Shown here piece by piece: positions 1 to 10,580 of a stretch of 64,000 nt of DNA. The notes below the pieces were generated by a model, which was not told the DNA's origin, made no database searches, and was given only the letters and a program-made list of their open reading frames with translations. The DNA comes from Candidatus Zhuqueibacterota bacterium (GTDB lineage: Bacteria; Zhuqueibacterota; Zhuqueibacteria; Thermofontimicrobiales; Thiofontviventaceae). The position numbers and the translations under genes are program-made. The DNA lies in NCBI GenBank assembly GCA_016931935.1, contig JAFGDW010000237.1:35745-99744 (forward strand), written 5' to 3'. Position 1 is the stretch's first letter; every line of letters starts with the position of its first letter.

Positions 1-1
1 G

Positions 2-661
2 AACCGTTGCGAGCGTTATGTTCAGGCCGCGGTATGGTTCACGCTGTTCGAACGCTTATGGATGCTGCGTGGGTTTGAAAACCTGCTCATGGATCCTTAC
101 GCCAATGAACATGAATTCTATTTACTGAGAGACAGGATCGTCGAATACAATCTGCAAATTATCGACCTGTGGCTTGAACGGGGTGTAAATGCAGTCTTCT
201 TTTCTGACGATTGGGGCAGTCAGCATGGCTTGTTAATCAATCCTGATGATTGGCGCAGATTCTACAAACCATCATACAAACGGATGTTTGAACGTGTGCA
301 TTCTGGTAACGCCCATGTCTGGATGCACCTCTGCGGCAATATTACAGCGATTCTGCCGGATCTTATCGATATCGGATTAAATGTCTTGAATCCCGTCCAG
401 CCGCAAGCCATGGATGTAAAGGAGCTTTCCCGGGAATTTGGTGGTAAGGTATGTTTCAATGGCGGCGTCGATGTACAGGGTACCCTGATTCTCGGACGCC
501 CTGATGATGTCAAACGAGAAGTACATCAACTAGTCAATTTGTTTGGCAGATTCAACGGAGGGTACATCGGAGAAACCAGCCATTCCATTATGCCCGAAAC
601 GCCTTTGGATAATATAATTGCAGTGTACGAAGCGTTTTTAGAGTATCAAACTGATGCATAA
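2..661 (+). CDS. Uroporphyrinogen-decarboxylase (URO-D) family protein, MtaA/CmuA-like methyltransferase fold; C-terminal part, 5' end lies outside the window
   Basis: The open reading frame is open to the window edge. The C-terminal region (…HLCGNITAILPDLIDIGLNVLNPVQP…NGGYIGETSHSIMPETPLDNI…) is typical of the URO-D/MtaA family. It aligns with the 2785-3801 paralog. Confidence 0.65.
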   Translation, partial: NRCERYVQAAVWFTLFERLWMLRGFENLLMDPYANEHEFYLLRDRIVEYNLQIIDLWLERGVNAVFFSDDWGSQHGLLINPDDWRRFYKPSYKRMFERVHSGNAHVWMHLCGNITAILPDLIDIGLNVLNPVQPQAMDVKELSREFGGKVCFNGGVDVQGTLILGRPDDVKREVHQLVNLFGRFNGGYIGETSHSIMPETPLDNIIAVYEAFLEYQTDA

Positions 662-929
662 AAACTTCGTCCTGTTGATGATGGCAGTTATTTAAAATTT
701 AAAAATCTAAAATGAGAATCAAGTTAACCACTGAAGTCACGGAAAACACTGAAGACGATAGATATTTTAGTAAGTGATTTCTGTGTATTCCATAGTTTGA
801 AATAACTTAAACATTATTTAAATTTTATTGATGAAAATCTTACGTCCATTTTAGAAATTCAGGTAAAATATAAAACACCGATTATCGGGAATTGTTCAAA
901 ATCAAAACTAAACGAAACATACTAATCCT

Positions 930-2735
930 ATGAAATCTATCATAAAACGGACAATCTTTGCTCTTTTTTGCATGGCCACGTTAGCCCGTGCCCAGGGAAA
1001 ATATAAGAATACCTGGGATTACTACACCCAATTGGAACAGCGACGGCAGGTCATGCTTGCGGCGATTGCCGGTAAAACCTGGATGGAAGGACAAGATTAT
1101 CGCGATCGCATTTATTTGGGTGTTGTGAAATTGTATACTGGCATTGATGAAAAGGCCGGATTACAATATCTGATCGATGCAGTGGACGATTCTGTGCATT
1201 GGTGGTGTTTTGATGTCTATTCGTTCATGGATGCGGTGTTACGTGTCGGGGATAAAATGCCACCTGAACTAATTGAAACGGCAAAATTTCGCCTCGCAGA
1301 AAATTTCAAAGAGGATAAGGGATTCACACAAAATCATAAATTGTTATTCCGAACTGCACGCTACTTGTTTGGGCAAACCTGGCCGGATGGACCGAATTTA
1401 GCCGATGGCATGACACCGCAGCAAGCAAAAGCAGAGGCGGAAGAGTGGATTAATGGATTAATTGATCGCACCGTGACATTAGGTATGTATGAATTCGATT
1501 CGGTAAATTATTGTCAGCTTTATTTAATCTGTTTTACATCATTGTATGATTTTACGCATGATCCGCTGATGCGACAAAAAGCCTGGATGATGATGAACCT
1601 GCTGCTGGCCGATTGGGCGCCGGAATACCTGAGTGGCAACTGGATTGGCGCACACAGCCGTGAAAAATTCAATCAGGTGACCCACACAGTGTTGAACAGC
1701 GGCGTGGCGATGCCGTTTGGCTACATGTTTTTCGGAGATTCTCAATTTCATCCCGAATTACCGGAAGCGATTTTAGCAGGCATTGGTGCGGTGCAAGGTT
1801 TCAGACCGATGCCACTTGTCGGAAATATTGCCACCGACCGCTCTCAGCCGTATGTCCATCGCGAAACCAAATCACCACGCAGAGGACTGGGAATTTGCCA
1901 AGGTGAAATTCCCATCTGGAAATATGATTATGTGACAAAGAATTATGCCCTGGGTTCTTCATATGGGGATATTTCAGCCGTTGAAAATCATCGCTGGGAT
2001 CTGACATGGGTTTCTGAAAAGGATGGCTCAACCTGTTTCTTTATCAATCCATCGTACTCCGCAGAACGATTGCGTTATTTTTTTGATGTTGCGCCGGAGG
2101 GAATACTTCAGGAGATAACGCGGCAGCGTCCTTATTATAGCGATCCCAATAAATGGATCGAAGGCTCAGTTTATGAAGAACTGTGCCAATACAAAAACAC
2201 GATTATCGCACTTTATAATATCCCGGAAAACACCCGAAATGGTCATGTTAATGGATTTTTCCCGAAAATAATTGAAGAACGCAACGAAGACAGTGATGGC
2301 TGGATTTTCTGTAAATCGGATTCAATTTACTTCGCTGTAAAACTGCTGACGAAAGGCACATGGCACGAAGAACCGGATCATTTCCGGCTGACATTGAATG
2401 ACCGCCGGACAGGCGTCATTATGGAGGTGGCTCAGATTTCTGAATACCCGTCATTTGAGGCTTTTAAACAACAGATCGAAAGCAATGCTTTGAAAATCGA
2501 TCTGACAAATCTTCATATCACCTACACCAATTCTCACAGTGATAAGCTTAATTTTACCTATGGAAAAGAACGAATCATAAATGGGAAAAAAGTAAATTTT
2601 AAAGCGTGGCCTTTATTCAGTGGGCCGTTTGTAAATTCAAAAATGGGAAGTAAAATAATCAATATCCAATATGGTAAAGAGAAATTTATTTTAGATTTCA
2701 ATGATTTTAGTGTTCATCGCGAAATGGTTTATTGA
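930..2735 (+). CDS. Secreted hypothetical protein with alpha-helix-rich toroid-like N-terminal region; possibly a polysaccharide lyase/glycosidase-like fold
   Basis: It has a cleavable signal peptide (MKSIIKRTIFALFCMATLARAQG). The ORF is 601 aa and ATG-initiated. I recognised no diagnostic catalytic motif. Confidence 0.45.
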   Translation: MKSIIKRTIFALFCMATLARAQGKYKNTWDYYTQLEQRRQVMLAAIAGKTWMEGQDYRDRIYLGVVKLYTGIDEKAGLQYLIDAVDDSVHWWCFDVYSFMDAVLRVGDKMPPELIETAKFRLAENFKEDKGFTQNHKLLFRTARYLFGQTWPDGPNLADGMTPQQAKAEAEEWINGLIDRTVTLGMYEFDSVNYCQLYLICFTSLYDFTHDPLMRQKAWMMMNLLLADWAPEYLSGNWIGAHSREKFNQVTHTVLNSGVAMPFGYMFFGDSQFHPELPEAILAGIGAVQGFRPMPLVGNIATDRSQPYVHRETKSPRRGLGICQGEIPIWKYDYVTKNYALGSSYGDISAVENHRWDLTWVSEKDGSTCFFINPSYSAERLRYFFDVAPEGILQEITRQRPYYSDPNKWIEGSVYEELCQYKNTIIALYNIPENTRNGHVNGFFPKIIEERNEDSDGWIFCKSDSIYFAVKLLTKGTWHEEPDHFRLTLNDRRTGVIMEVAQISEYPSFEAFKQQIESNALKIDLTNLHITYTNSHSDKLNFTYGKERIINGKKVNFKAWPLFSGPFVNSKMGSKIINIQYGKEKFILDFNDFSVHREMVY

Positions 2736-2784
2736 TTTAAATAATGTTAGCCATCAGACACAAAGGTACGAAGAATACGTAAAT

Positions 2785-3801
2785 ATGACCACACGTGAAC
2801 GATTTAAAGCCGTCGTGAATTTTCAACATTTTGACAGATTGCCTATTATCGAGTGGGCTGAATGGTGGGATAAAACGATCGAGCGCTGGCATCAGGAAGG
2901 ATTACCAGCAACCATAACAGATCGTTATGATATCTGCCGGCACTTTGGCCTGGATATCTACAAGCAACACTGGTTCTCCCCACTGGGACACGGGTGTCCA
3001 GAGCCACCATCTCATGGCGCGGCAATTATTAATTCGATAGTCGAATATGAAGATATTACCGAATTTTTGTTTCCTGAAGCTGTAATTGATGATGATAAAT
3101 GGACACAATGGGCGAGAGAGCAACAACGCGGGGATGTTGTGTTATGGTTCACACTTGAAGGTTTTTTCTGGTTTCCCAGAACACTATTAGGCATTGAAAA
3201 ACATCTCTATGCATTTTATGAACAACCTGAACTTTTACATCGCATCAACAGCGATCTAGTTCAATGGATGATTAAAGTAGTTGAAGAACTCTGCACTATA
3301 TGTCAGCCGGATTTTATGACGTTCGCTGAAGATATGAGTTACAATAACGGGCCGATGCTGTCGAAAGAGCATTTTGATGTTTACATGCGGCCGTATTATG
3401 ATGCAATTATTCCGGTTCTGAAAAAATATGATATTATTCCAATTGTGGATTCGGATGGCGATATTTCGATGCCATTACAGTGGTTCGAAGACGCCGGCAT
3501 TAAAGGGATACTTCCACTTGAACGGCAAGCAGGTGTTGATATTGCGGAGTTGCGCCGACATTGCCCGAACACAATATTTATCGGTCATTTCAATAAAATG
3601 ACAATGGATAAGGGCGAATCATGCATGCGTTCAGAATTCGAACGTCTTCTACCCACAGCAGCACATGGCGGATTCATGGTCAGTTGCGACCATCAAACAC
3701 CTCCTGGTGTCTCGTATTGCGATTATCAACTTTATCTTCAGCTTTTCAGGGAATATGCAGAAAAAGCAGGGCAATTATCCCACTGTGAATTATTAAAATA
3801 G
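2785..3801 (+). CDS. URO-D family protein (MtaA/CmuA-like methyltransferase fold), paralog 2
   Basis: I moved the start to the first ATG after the upstream stop (MTTRERFKAVVNFQHFDRLPIIEW…). The URO-D-like core and the C-terminal HGGFMVSCDHQTPP motif parallel ORF 2-661. Confidence 0.7.
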   Translation: MTTRERFKAVVNFQHFDRLPIIEWAEWWDKTIERWHQEGLPATITDRYDICRHFGLDIYKQHWFSPLGHGCPEPPSHGAAIINSIVEYEDITEFLFPEAVIDDDKWTQWAREQQRGDVVLWFTLEGFFWFPRTLLGIEKHLYAFYEQPELLHRINSDLVQWMIKVVEELCTICQPDFMTFAEDMSYNNGPMLSKEHFDVYMRPYYDAIIPVLKKYDIIPIVDSDGDISMPLQWFEDAGIKGILPLERQAGVDIAELRRHCPNTIFIGHFNKMTMDKGESCMRSEFERLLPTAAHGGFMVSCDHQTPPGVSYCDYQLYLQLFREYAEKAGQLSHCELLK

Positions 3802-3813
3802 AGAAAGCATACA

Positions 3814-5007
3814 ATGGAAAAAATTTACGATATTACTGTCGCTGGTCACATCTGCCTGGATATTATTCCTGAATTTCCTGACACTGGTATACGGGAAATC
3901 AGTGCATTATTCAAACCCGGAAAGTTAATACGAGTCGAAGGCGCAAAAATAAGTACCGGTGGACCTGTATCGAATACAGGTATTGCACTTTCAAAATTAG
4001 GATTAAACGTCGCTTTTATGGCGCGAGTTGGTGATGATTATTTCGGTAAGTTAGTCATTGATTTGCTCAATCGTCAGGGGTATGCGGCAGGGATTTCGAT
4101 TGCCCAAAGTAATCGTACATCATATTCGGTGGCGATTGCGCCTCCGGGGATTGACCGGATTTTTCTACACGATTCCGGTGCTAACGATTTTTTTTCCAGC
4201 GCAAATTTAAATGAAGAAATTATTCATCAATCAAAAATATTCCATTTCGGCTATCCACCGATTATGGCAACATGTTATGAAAATGAAGGGGCAGAACTGT
4301 TTCAAATTTTCAAGATTGCGAAGTCTGCCGGTGTGGTCACGTCATTGGATATGGCGCTACCCGATCCCAACAGTGACAGCGGCAAAACGTCATGGCAGAA
4401 AATTCTGACAAAGGTGCTGCCATACGTTGATATTTTTTTACCGAGTATCGAAGAAGTCTATTTTATGCTTGATCAGCAAAAGTATTTTGAAATAAAAGAA
4501 CAGGCGGGTGATTCCGATATTATCGAATTTATTCATCCCAATGACTATCAGCGATTGGCGCAAAAGTGTTTGGATATGGGATGCAAAATTGTAGCGTTAA
4601 AAACAGCGTACCGTGGCTACTACATATTAACAAATAAAATTACCAGTAATGACATTCCGGTGCTCTCCGATTCTAAAAATTGGTCATACCGGGAACTTTG
4701 GTGTCCGGCGTTCCGGGTAGAACGAATCGCAAGTGCTACAGGATCTGGAGATTCATCAATTGCCGGCTTTTTAGCAGCGTTAGTTAAAGGATATCCTGTT
4801 GAAAAAGTACTGAAGTATGCCAATTGCGTGGGACATCAAAACCTGCATGAACTGGATGCCGTCAGTGGTATTAAAAACTGGGAGGAAACAACAGCCAGCC
4901 TGGAACAAAACAAATTGGAAATGATTGATATGCCGCTGGAAAAATTCGGTTGGCAATTGAACAACGATTTCAAAGTTTGGACAAGTTCGCGAAATAAACA
5001 TTTTTGA
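3814..5007 (+). CDS. PfkB-family carbohydrate kinase (ribokinase/fructokinase-like) with C-terminal extension
   Basis: It carries the N-terminal GG motif region (STGGPVSNTGIAL…) and a C-terminal anion-hole/ATP motif (SATGSGDSSIAGFLAAL). Confidence 0.8.
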   Translation: MEKIYDITVAGHICLDIIPEFPDTGIREISALFKPGKLIRVEGAKISTGGPVSNTGIALSKLGLNVAFMARVGDDYFGKLVIDLLNRQGYAAGISIAQSNRTSYSVAIAPPGIDRIFLHDSGANDFFSSANLNEEIIHQSKIFHFGYPPIMATCYENEGAELFQIFKIAKSAGVVTSLDMALPDPNSDSGKTSWQKILTKVLPYVDIFLPSIEEVYFMLDQQKYFEIKEQAGDSDIIEFIHPNDYQRLAQKCLDMGCKIVALKTAYRGYYILTNKITSNDIPVLSDSKNWSYRELWCPAFRVERIASATGSGDSSIAGFLAALVKGYPVEKVLKYANCVGHQNLHELDAVSGIKNWEETTASLEQNKLEMIDMPLEKFGWQLNNDFKVWTSSRNKHF

Positions 5008-5052
5008 TATTTGGTGATTATAAGTCGCTTATGAGATTTGAGAAAGTACTAT

Positions 5053-5949
5053 ATGGCATTCGGATTGGTACTGATTTTTTTGACTGGCATTTTATGGTGC
5101 GCAAACGGGATTGTTTTGAGTTACATTACCAGAAAGTCGATGGATTTTATTTCATATATCAGTGTTCAGGCAGCATTAAATATGGTAGGAGCATGGTTGT
5201 TCATCGGAGACATTCGGTTAGTAATGTGCGGAAATATTGATCGCTTGGCTCAACTTAATATCCTGATGTTAGGCTCCGGATTTACTGGCATTATTGGTAC
5301 AATTTTCATGCAGAAGGCGATGCGAACCGGGCATCATGGAATTATTTACACCATAGCGCAATCTGCGATGATTATCCCGTTCATCACCGGGGTTGTTTTA
5401 TTTAGCGAACGTTTTCAATTGCTTAACATGATCGGGATGGTATTAGTCGTTGTGAGCATTATGGCATTCGGTATGGAGCGAACAAATTCGAAACAGCAAT
5501 CACACGGCATGACATCAAATGCGTGGTTTTATCTGGCGTTGCTTTCATTGTTGGCTATCGGACTAACACAAACGCTTACAACCGTACCATCTTATTGGAT
5601 AAATTGGAGTGATGAAGCAAATTTACGAGTTCCCCTATTGATGACCGGTTCAGCCCTTGTGTTGTTCATAATTGCGATAATCCAAAAAACACAGTTTACC
5701 AAAAAATCGATCCTGATCGGAACATCATCATCATTCTTTGTTTTGCCTTCGACATTTATATTCTTTAAAGCGATGGATGTACTGGCCCAACACAATAAGG
5801 TTGCGCTTGCTTATCCATTGGCGGTGGGAATAAATATTTTATCGTTTGCCATTTACAGTATGTTCATGATAAAAGAAAAAACAACACTGATGCACATTTT
5901 AGGGATTGTTACCGGATTTACCGGATTGATGTTGATTTCGATTTACTAA
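5053..5949 (+). CDS. Polytopic membrane transporter, DMT/EamA-like (possible sugar uptake protein)
   Basis: There are about 10 predicted hydrophobic helices. I moved the start to the first in-frame ATG; the track start at 5038 is TTG. Confidence 0.45.
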   Translation: MAFGLVLIFLTGILWCANGIVLSYITRKSMDFISYISVQAALNMVGAWLFIGDIRLVMCGNIDRLAQLNILMLGSGFTGIIGTIFMQKAMRTGHHGIIYTIAQSAMIIPFITGVVLFSERFQLLNMIGMVLVVVSIMAFGMERTNSKQQSHGMTSNAWFYLALLSLLAIGLTQTLTTVPSYWINWSDEANLRVPLLMTGSALVLFIIAIIQKTQFTKKSILIGTSSSFFVLPSTFIFFKAMDVLAQHNKVALAYPLAVGINILSFAIYSMFMIKEKTTLMHILGIVTGFTGLMLISIY

Positions 5950-5970
5950 TCGTAGATGAGTGGAAAAAAA

Positions 5971-6121
5971 AAGGCGCAGGCTCAGCCGAAGGTAGAAATG
6001 GCATGGTGCTTTGCTCATGTCGGCGTTTCACAAGTATTTGTAGTGTTCGCTGCGAAACTTCTTGGATAATGCAAAAATTTATCAAATGGTATTCTTAGCC
6101 TTAGCCTTCAACTTCGCCTTT
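5971..6121. repeat. Intergenic GC-rich palindromic element of the GGCTNAGCC / GCCTTAGCC word family, long version
   Basis: AAGGCGCAGGCTCAGCCGAAGG and CTTAGCCTTAGCCTTCAACTTCGCCTT flank about 100 bp. The words are shared with the elements at 10433 and 25566. Confidence 0.4.
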
Positions 6122-6152
6122 CTTCAATCATCAACTATTGCAGGAGGAATAA

Positions 6153-7430
6153 ATGAAATTCAGAATGCTAATAATTCTAATGACGCTGTTTCTCTGCTGT
6201 GCAAAAAAGGATGATGTTCAAAAAGTTCAGTTCTGGGCGTTTGGCGGGATGCCAAATTATATGCAATGGACAAAAGACATGGTTACGAAATTCAATGCAG
6301 CCCATCCTGATATTAAAGTTATCCAAAGTCAAAAAAGCTGGCATATGATACGCGAGCTTTTATATACCAATTATAGCGCCGGCACTGGACCGGATGTGAT
6401 GCGGGTGCATGGAAATTACGCTGCTGAATTTGGTGAAGGCGGCTACTTTCTTCCGATTAACACGTTTCCGGATTTTGAAGAAGTAAAAAGGTGGTACTTG
6501 CCCATTTTATTTGAATCAACGCGTTATAAAGATAATTACTATGGATTGCCTGGCCCGTCCATTGCCTTCACGCTGGTATGTAATAAAAAATTGTTCGATG
6601 AAGCCGGTTTAACCTCACCGAAAACCTGGTCACAATTCAGGGAAGCTGCCCAAAAACTTACAAAGGATACAAATGGCGATGGCATTGTCGATCAGCATGG
6701 TCTGGTGTTATTAGGCGGTGAGAAAGGCGGATTTAGCTATCGGCTGGCAGCATTCATGTATAAAGCCGGAGTGAACTTCTTATCGGACGATTTATCAAAT
6801 GCAATCTTTAATTCACCGGAGGCAGTGGCGACTGTCAAATTATTTGCCGATATGTACCAGGTCGATAAATCTATCACGCCTGGGTTCCTGGCCTACACAA
6901 TATCGGAAATTAATGATCTGTTTTGCAGTGATAAAGTAGCGATGAGCATCGAAGGACCGTGGTTTGCCACTTCGGTGAATGATAAATTGCCGGGTAAGCA
7001 ATTTTACACAGTGCCAGTGCCGGTGCCCGATGATAAAATTGATCAGTACGATACAGCACCAACACTTCAAGACATGGTGATGCTGTCAATAAGTGCAAAT
7101 GCCAAACATCCGGAGGCGGCATGGGAATTTGTGAAATTCATGCGCGGCAATGAAGCGGATATTATCTGGCTCAAACAAGAAATGGGTGGTTTTCCCACGA
7201 CGTTAAATGCGTTGAATAGTCCTGAATCTTCGGATTACACCGATTTTGCTGTGTATCGGCACGAACTTGAACATGCGCGACCCTGGCCGTCACATCCCAA
7301 AATGATTGCCATAGTACGGAATATCATTTCAATCTACGGCCAGAAAGCCATTGTTGGAGAATTAAGCCCACAGGAGGCGATGGATAAAGCGGTCGTTGAA
7401 GCACAAAATATGATTGATGAAAATAAATAG
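6153..7430 (+). CDS. ABC transporter substrate-binding lipoprotein (family-1 sugar/oligosaccharide-binding protein)
   Basis: AGGAGG lies 5 nt upstream. It has a lipoprotein signal (…LFLCCAKKDD) and family-1 solute-binding-protein length and composition. Confidence 0.8.
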   Translation: MKFRMLIILMTLFLCCAKKDDVQKVQFWAFGGMPNYMQWTKDMVTKFNAAHPDIKVIQSQKSWHMIRELLYTNYSAGTGPDVMRVHGNYAAEFGEGGYFLPINTFPDFEEVKRWYLPILFESTRYKDNYYGLPGPSIAFTLVCNKKLFDEAGLTSPKTWSQFREAAQKLTKDTNGDGIVDQHGLVLLGGEKGGFSYRLAAFMYKAGVNFLSDDLSNAIFNSPEAVATVKLFADMYQVDKSITPGFLAYTISEINDLFCSDKVAMSIEGPWFATSVNDKLPGKQFYTVPVPVPDDKIDQYDTAPTLQDMVMLSISANAKHPEAAWEFVKFMRGNEADIIWLKQEMGGFPTTLNALNSPESSDYTDFAVYRHELEHARPWPSHPKMIAIVRNIISIYGQKAIVGELSPQEAMDKAVVEAQNMIDENK

Positions 7431-7570
7431 CTGTGCACAAGCGATTCCATCACTGTAAGAGAAAGTATCAATCAGCTTAATACTTTTAATGGAATTCATC
7501 ACATTTATTCATGTTGAAGTTATTAGAACTGATGAGGAATAAGTTTGAATTAAATTATGGATAATTAAAA

Positions 7571-10417
7571 ATGGAAAAAGTTTTTTTCAGCACCCGTTTA
7601 TTGTTCTGCTTCCTTTTTGCACTATCTCAAATTCAAGCGCAAGATAAGCAACCTTTGGATCACAGTGTCTATGATAACTGGAAAAATCTGAATGGCGCCA
7701 GTATTTCCAATAATGGCGAATACGTCTCGTTCGAAATTAATCCCCAGGATGGTGATGGCTGGTTGTATATTAAAAATCTATCCACCCAGAGCAGTGATTC
7801 CATTCGCAGGGGCTACAATGCAGCGTTTTCGCCACAATCGAATTTTATTGTATGTAATATCAAGGCGCCAAAAGACAGTACCCGCAATGCCAAACTTGCA
7901 AAAAAGAAGGATGATCAGCTTCCCAAAGATTCGTTGGGAATATGGTTACTTGAGAAAGATTCGCTGATAAAAGCGGCGAATTTAAAATCATATAAACTTT
8001 CCAAAGATACGTCTCCGTGGTTTGCTTATCATTTGGAAAAACAGGCGGAAAAAAAAGATACAGCAGAAGTTAAGGAAGAAGAAAAAATCAAAAGTGAGAA
8101 AAAGAGAACAGGCAAAAAGAAGGATGATGAAATAAAGACCGGTGATCTTTTTATATGTAATCCTGTCGCATCCAAAAAATATATATTTAATGATGTTTCG
8201 GATTATGCTGTGTCTGAAAATGGCGACCTGATAAGCTTTATTACAGCAAAAAGCGATTCAGTTGATTCCGCGGCGGTCTATGTTTTCAAACCCAGTATTG
8301 AACAGGCTGACAAAATTTTTGAAATGCAGGGACGCGCTAAAAATATTTCCGTTGATAAATTGGGACAGCAAGTCGCTTTTATTTCAACAACAGATACATC
8401 CAAAGCCAAAGTGTACAATTTGCTTTGCTGGATGACGAAATTAAATCAGGCAGAGATGATTATAGATACGCTCACACAAGGCATGCCGGGAAAATGGAGT
8501 GTGAGTGAACATGCCGGGATAACTTTTTCAGACGATTGTTCAAAACTCTATTTCAGAACAGCACCCAAACCGAAACCAGTTCCTAAAGACACGTTAACAG
8601 ATGATGATAAAGTAAAGGTGGATATCTGGAACTGGAAAGATACACGTTTGCAGTCGCAGCAATTAGTCGAGTGTGAAAACGATATGAAACGATCGTATCA
8701 GGCAATTTATCATATTCGGGAAAAAAGAATGGCGCAACTTGGCGATAACGTTGTCCATGACGTGACAATTTTAAAAGATAATCCCCGGATCGCTCTTGGT
8801 ATCGACACTAGGTCGTACGAAAAACTGATTTCCTGGGAATACCCTGAATACAGGGATGCATATGTAATTGATTGTAATAGTGGCGCAAATAAAATTATCC
8901 TTAAAAAGAAACAATTTGGCGTTTCTATTTCTCCATTCGGAAAATATGTGTTGTGGTTTGAAAATGCGGATAGTTTATGGTATGCATATTCCGTAAAAAA
9001 CAATCAGTACATACCTCTTACAAAAAATATCCCGGTTCAATTTTATAATGAGCAGCATGATGAACCTTGTCCGCCAACGCCTTATGGTATTGGCGGATGG
9101 GCAAAGAATGATGAATGTGTCATGATTTATGATCGTTTCGATATCTGGAAAATTGATCCCGAAGGCAGGAAAGCGCCGGTAAATCTCACACGAGCGTATG
9201 GGCGAAACCATAAGATCAGGCTGCGCGTGGTTGATCTGGATAAAGAACAAGAATATTTCGAATTAAAAGAGTCTTTGCTGTTGAGTGGTTTTAATGAAAC
9301 ATCCAAACAAGACGGATTTTATTCAACCCGATTGAGTTCAAAAAATGATCCCGCTATATTAATTGTAAAGGATAATCGGTTTGAACATGTGGTTAAGGCG
9401 AAACAGGCAAATAGACTCATTTGGACAAAAAGTTCGTTTATCGAATATCCTGATTTATGGGAAAGTAATCTGACATTTGAAAATCCTATCAGATTATCTG
9501 ATGCCAATCCGCAGCAACAGCATTATTTGTGGGGAAGTGTGGAGTTAATAAAGTGGAAAGATTATAACGGCAACGAGCTTGAAGGATTGGTGTATAAGCC
9601 GGAAAACTTCAATCCAAACAAAAAGTACCCGATGCTTGTGTATTTTTATGAGCGAAGTTCATTTATCAAATATTGGCATTTTGTTCCAAAGCCATCGCCT
9701 TCGACGATAAATTTTTCTTATTATGTTAGCAATGGCTATGTTGTTTTTGTTCCGGATATTGTTTACGGAACCGGCCACCCCGGCAACGATGCATATAACG
9801 CAGTCGTGAGTGGAACGATGAATTTGCTGAAAAGTGGCTATATTGATGAGAAGAAAATCGGTATACAGGGCCAAAGTTGGGGCGGATACCAGGTTGCATA
9901 TCTGGTCACTCGAACAAATCTGTATGCTGCAGCGATGGCCGGTGCACCGGTGAGTAACATGACCAGCGCTTATGGCGGCATCCGCTGGAAGAGCGGATTG
10001 AGTCGAATGTTTCAGTACGAACAAGACCAAAGCAGGATCGGTGCAAACCTATGGGAACGGCCAGAGCTCTATATTGAAAATTCCCCGGTATTTCATGCCC
10101 CGGAAGTTCAAACACCACTGCTGATTATGCATAATGATAACGATGGCGCTGTCCCCTGGTACCAGGGAATCGAATTATTCGTGGCATTACGTCGACTCAA
10201 TAAGCCAGTGTGGATGCTGACATATAACGGTGATGAGCACAATTTAAAACGGCGCGCCAATCAAAAAGATTTGAGTATTCGTATGCAACAGTTCTTTGAT
10301 CACTACTTAAAATATGCTCCTGCACCCGAGTGGATGGAGAACGGGATACCTGCAGTCGACAAAGGTGAAAAAATGGGATATGATTTGATAGAAGACACTG
10401 GTTTGGGTAGGAAATAA
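7571..10417 (+). CDS. S9 family serine peptidase (prolyl oligopeptidase / dipeptidyl-peptidase-like), secreted
   Basis: It has a signal peptide, an N-terminal beta-propeller-like region and a C-terminal alpha/beta hydrolase with GQSWGGYQ (GxSxGG). Downstream Asp and His motifs are NDNDGAVPW and DEHNL. Confidence 0.85.
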   Translation: MEKVFFSTRLLFCFLFALSQIQAQDKQPLDHSVYDNWKNLNGASISNNGEYVSFEINPQDGDGWLYIKNLSTQSSDSIRRGYNAAFSPQSNFIVCNIKAPKDSTRNAKLAKKKDDQLPKDSLGIWLLEKDSLIKAANLKSYKLSKDTSPWFAYHLEKQAEKKDTAEVKEEEKIKSEKKRTGKKKDDEIKTGDLFICNPVASKKYIFNDVSDYAVSENGDLISFITAKSDSVDSAAVYVFKPSIEQADKIFEMQGRAKNISVDKLGQQVAFISTTDTSKAKVYNLLCWMTKLNQAEMIIDTLTQGMPGKWSVSEHAGITFSDDCSKLYFRTAPKPKPVPKDTLTDDDKVKVDIWNWKDTRLQSQQLVECENDMKRSYQAIYHIREKRMAQLGDNVVHDVTILKDNPRIALGIDTRSYEKLISWEYPEYRDAYVIDCNSGANKIILKKKQFGVSISPFGKYVLWFENADSLWYAYSVKNNQYIPLTKNIPVQFYNEQHDEPCPPTPYGIGGWAKNDECVMIYDRFDIWKIDPEGRKAPVNLTRAYGRNHKIRLRVVDLDKEQEYFELKESLLLSGFNETSKQDGFYSTRLSSKNDPAILIVKDNRFEHVVKAKQANRLIWTKSSFIEYPDLWESNLTFENPIRLSDANPQQQHYLWGSVELIKWKDYNGNELEGLVYKPENFNPNKKYPMLVYFYERSSFIKYWHFVPKPSPSTINFSYYVSNGYVVFVPDIVYGTGHPGNDAYNAVVSGTMNLLKSGYIDEKKIGIQGQSWGGYQVAYLVTRTNLYAAAMAGAPVSNMTSAYGGIRWKSGLSRMFQYEQDQSRIGANLWERPELYIENSPVFHAPEVQTPLLIMHNDNDGAVPWYQGIELFVALRRLNKPVWMLTYNGDEHNLKRRANQKDLSIRMQQFFDHYLKYAPAPEWMENGIPAVDKGEKMGYDLIEDTGLGRK

Positions 10418-10432
10418 GTGTTTTAATAATTC

Positions 10433-10487
10433 AAGGCTGAGGCAAAGGCCAAGGAGATGTTTTTTGCTAAGCCTTCGCCTCAGCCTT
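10433..10487. repeat. Palindromic intergenic element: AAGGCTGAGGCAAAGGC - 21 nt - GCCTTCGCCTCAGCCTT
   Basis: It is a 17-bp inverted repeat with one mismatch, sitting directly after the peptidase stop codon. It is related to the elements at 5971 and 25566. Confidence 0.55.
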
Positions 10488-10580
10488 AGCCACAACCAAA
10501 TGATTAATTCGAAAATTAGTTCAACCACAACCTATAATCAGGATACACAACTATAACGAACAACAAGCAAAAAAGGTTAT

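Noticed and set aside
262-513. Antisense 60-180 aa ORFs nested inside long genes, for example 262-513, 1539-1751, 8583-9250, 9659-10118, 12143-12614, 19832-20460, 25092-25646 and 36180-36566
   Set aside because: They lie entirely within strong same-region CDSs on the opposite strand or in another frame. They have low-complexity or Arg/Ser/Cys-rich composition, no RBS and no motifs. They are typical shadow ORFs.
2701-2784. Upstream extensions of ORFs 2701 (MILVFIAKW…) and 27692 (MGNFETLK…) that overlap the preceding genes
   Set aside because: The overlap is 35-110 nt with the previous CDS. The family-typical N-terminus begins at the internal ATG (MTTRERF… / MEYSGKY…), so I trimmed the starts.
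5038-5052. Track starts at 5004, 5038, 41515 and 52641
   Set aside because: These are TTG codons. In-frame ATGs a few codons downstream give proper signal peptides and/or follow GGAG-type RBSs, so I used the ATG starts.
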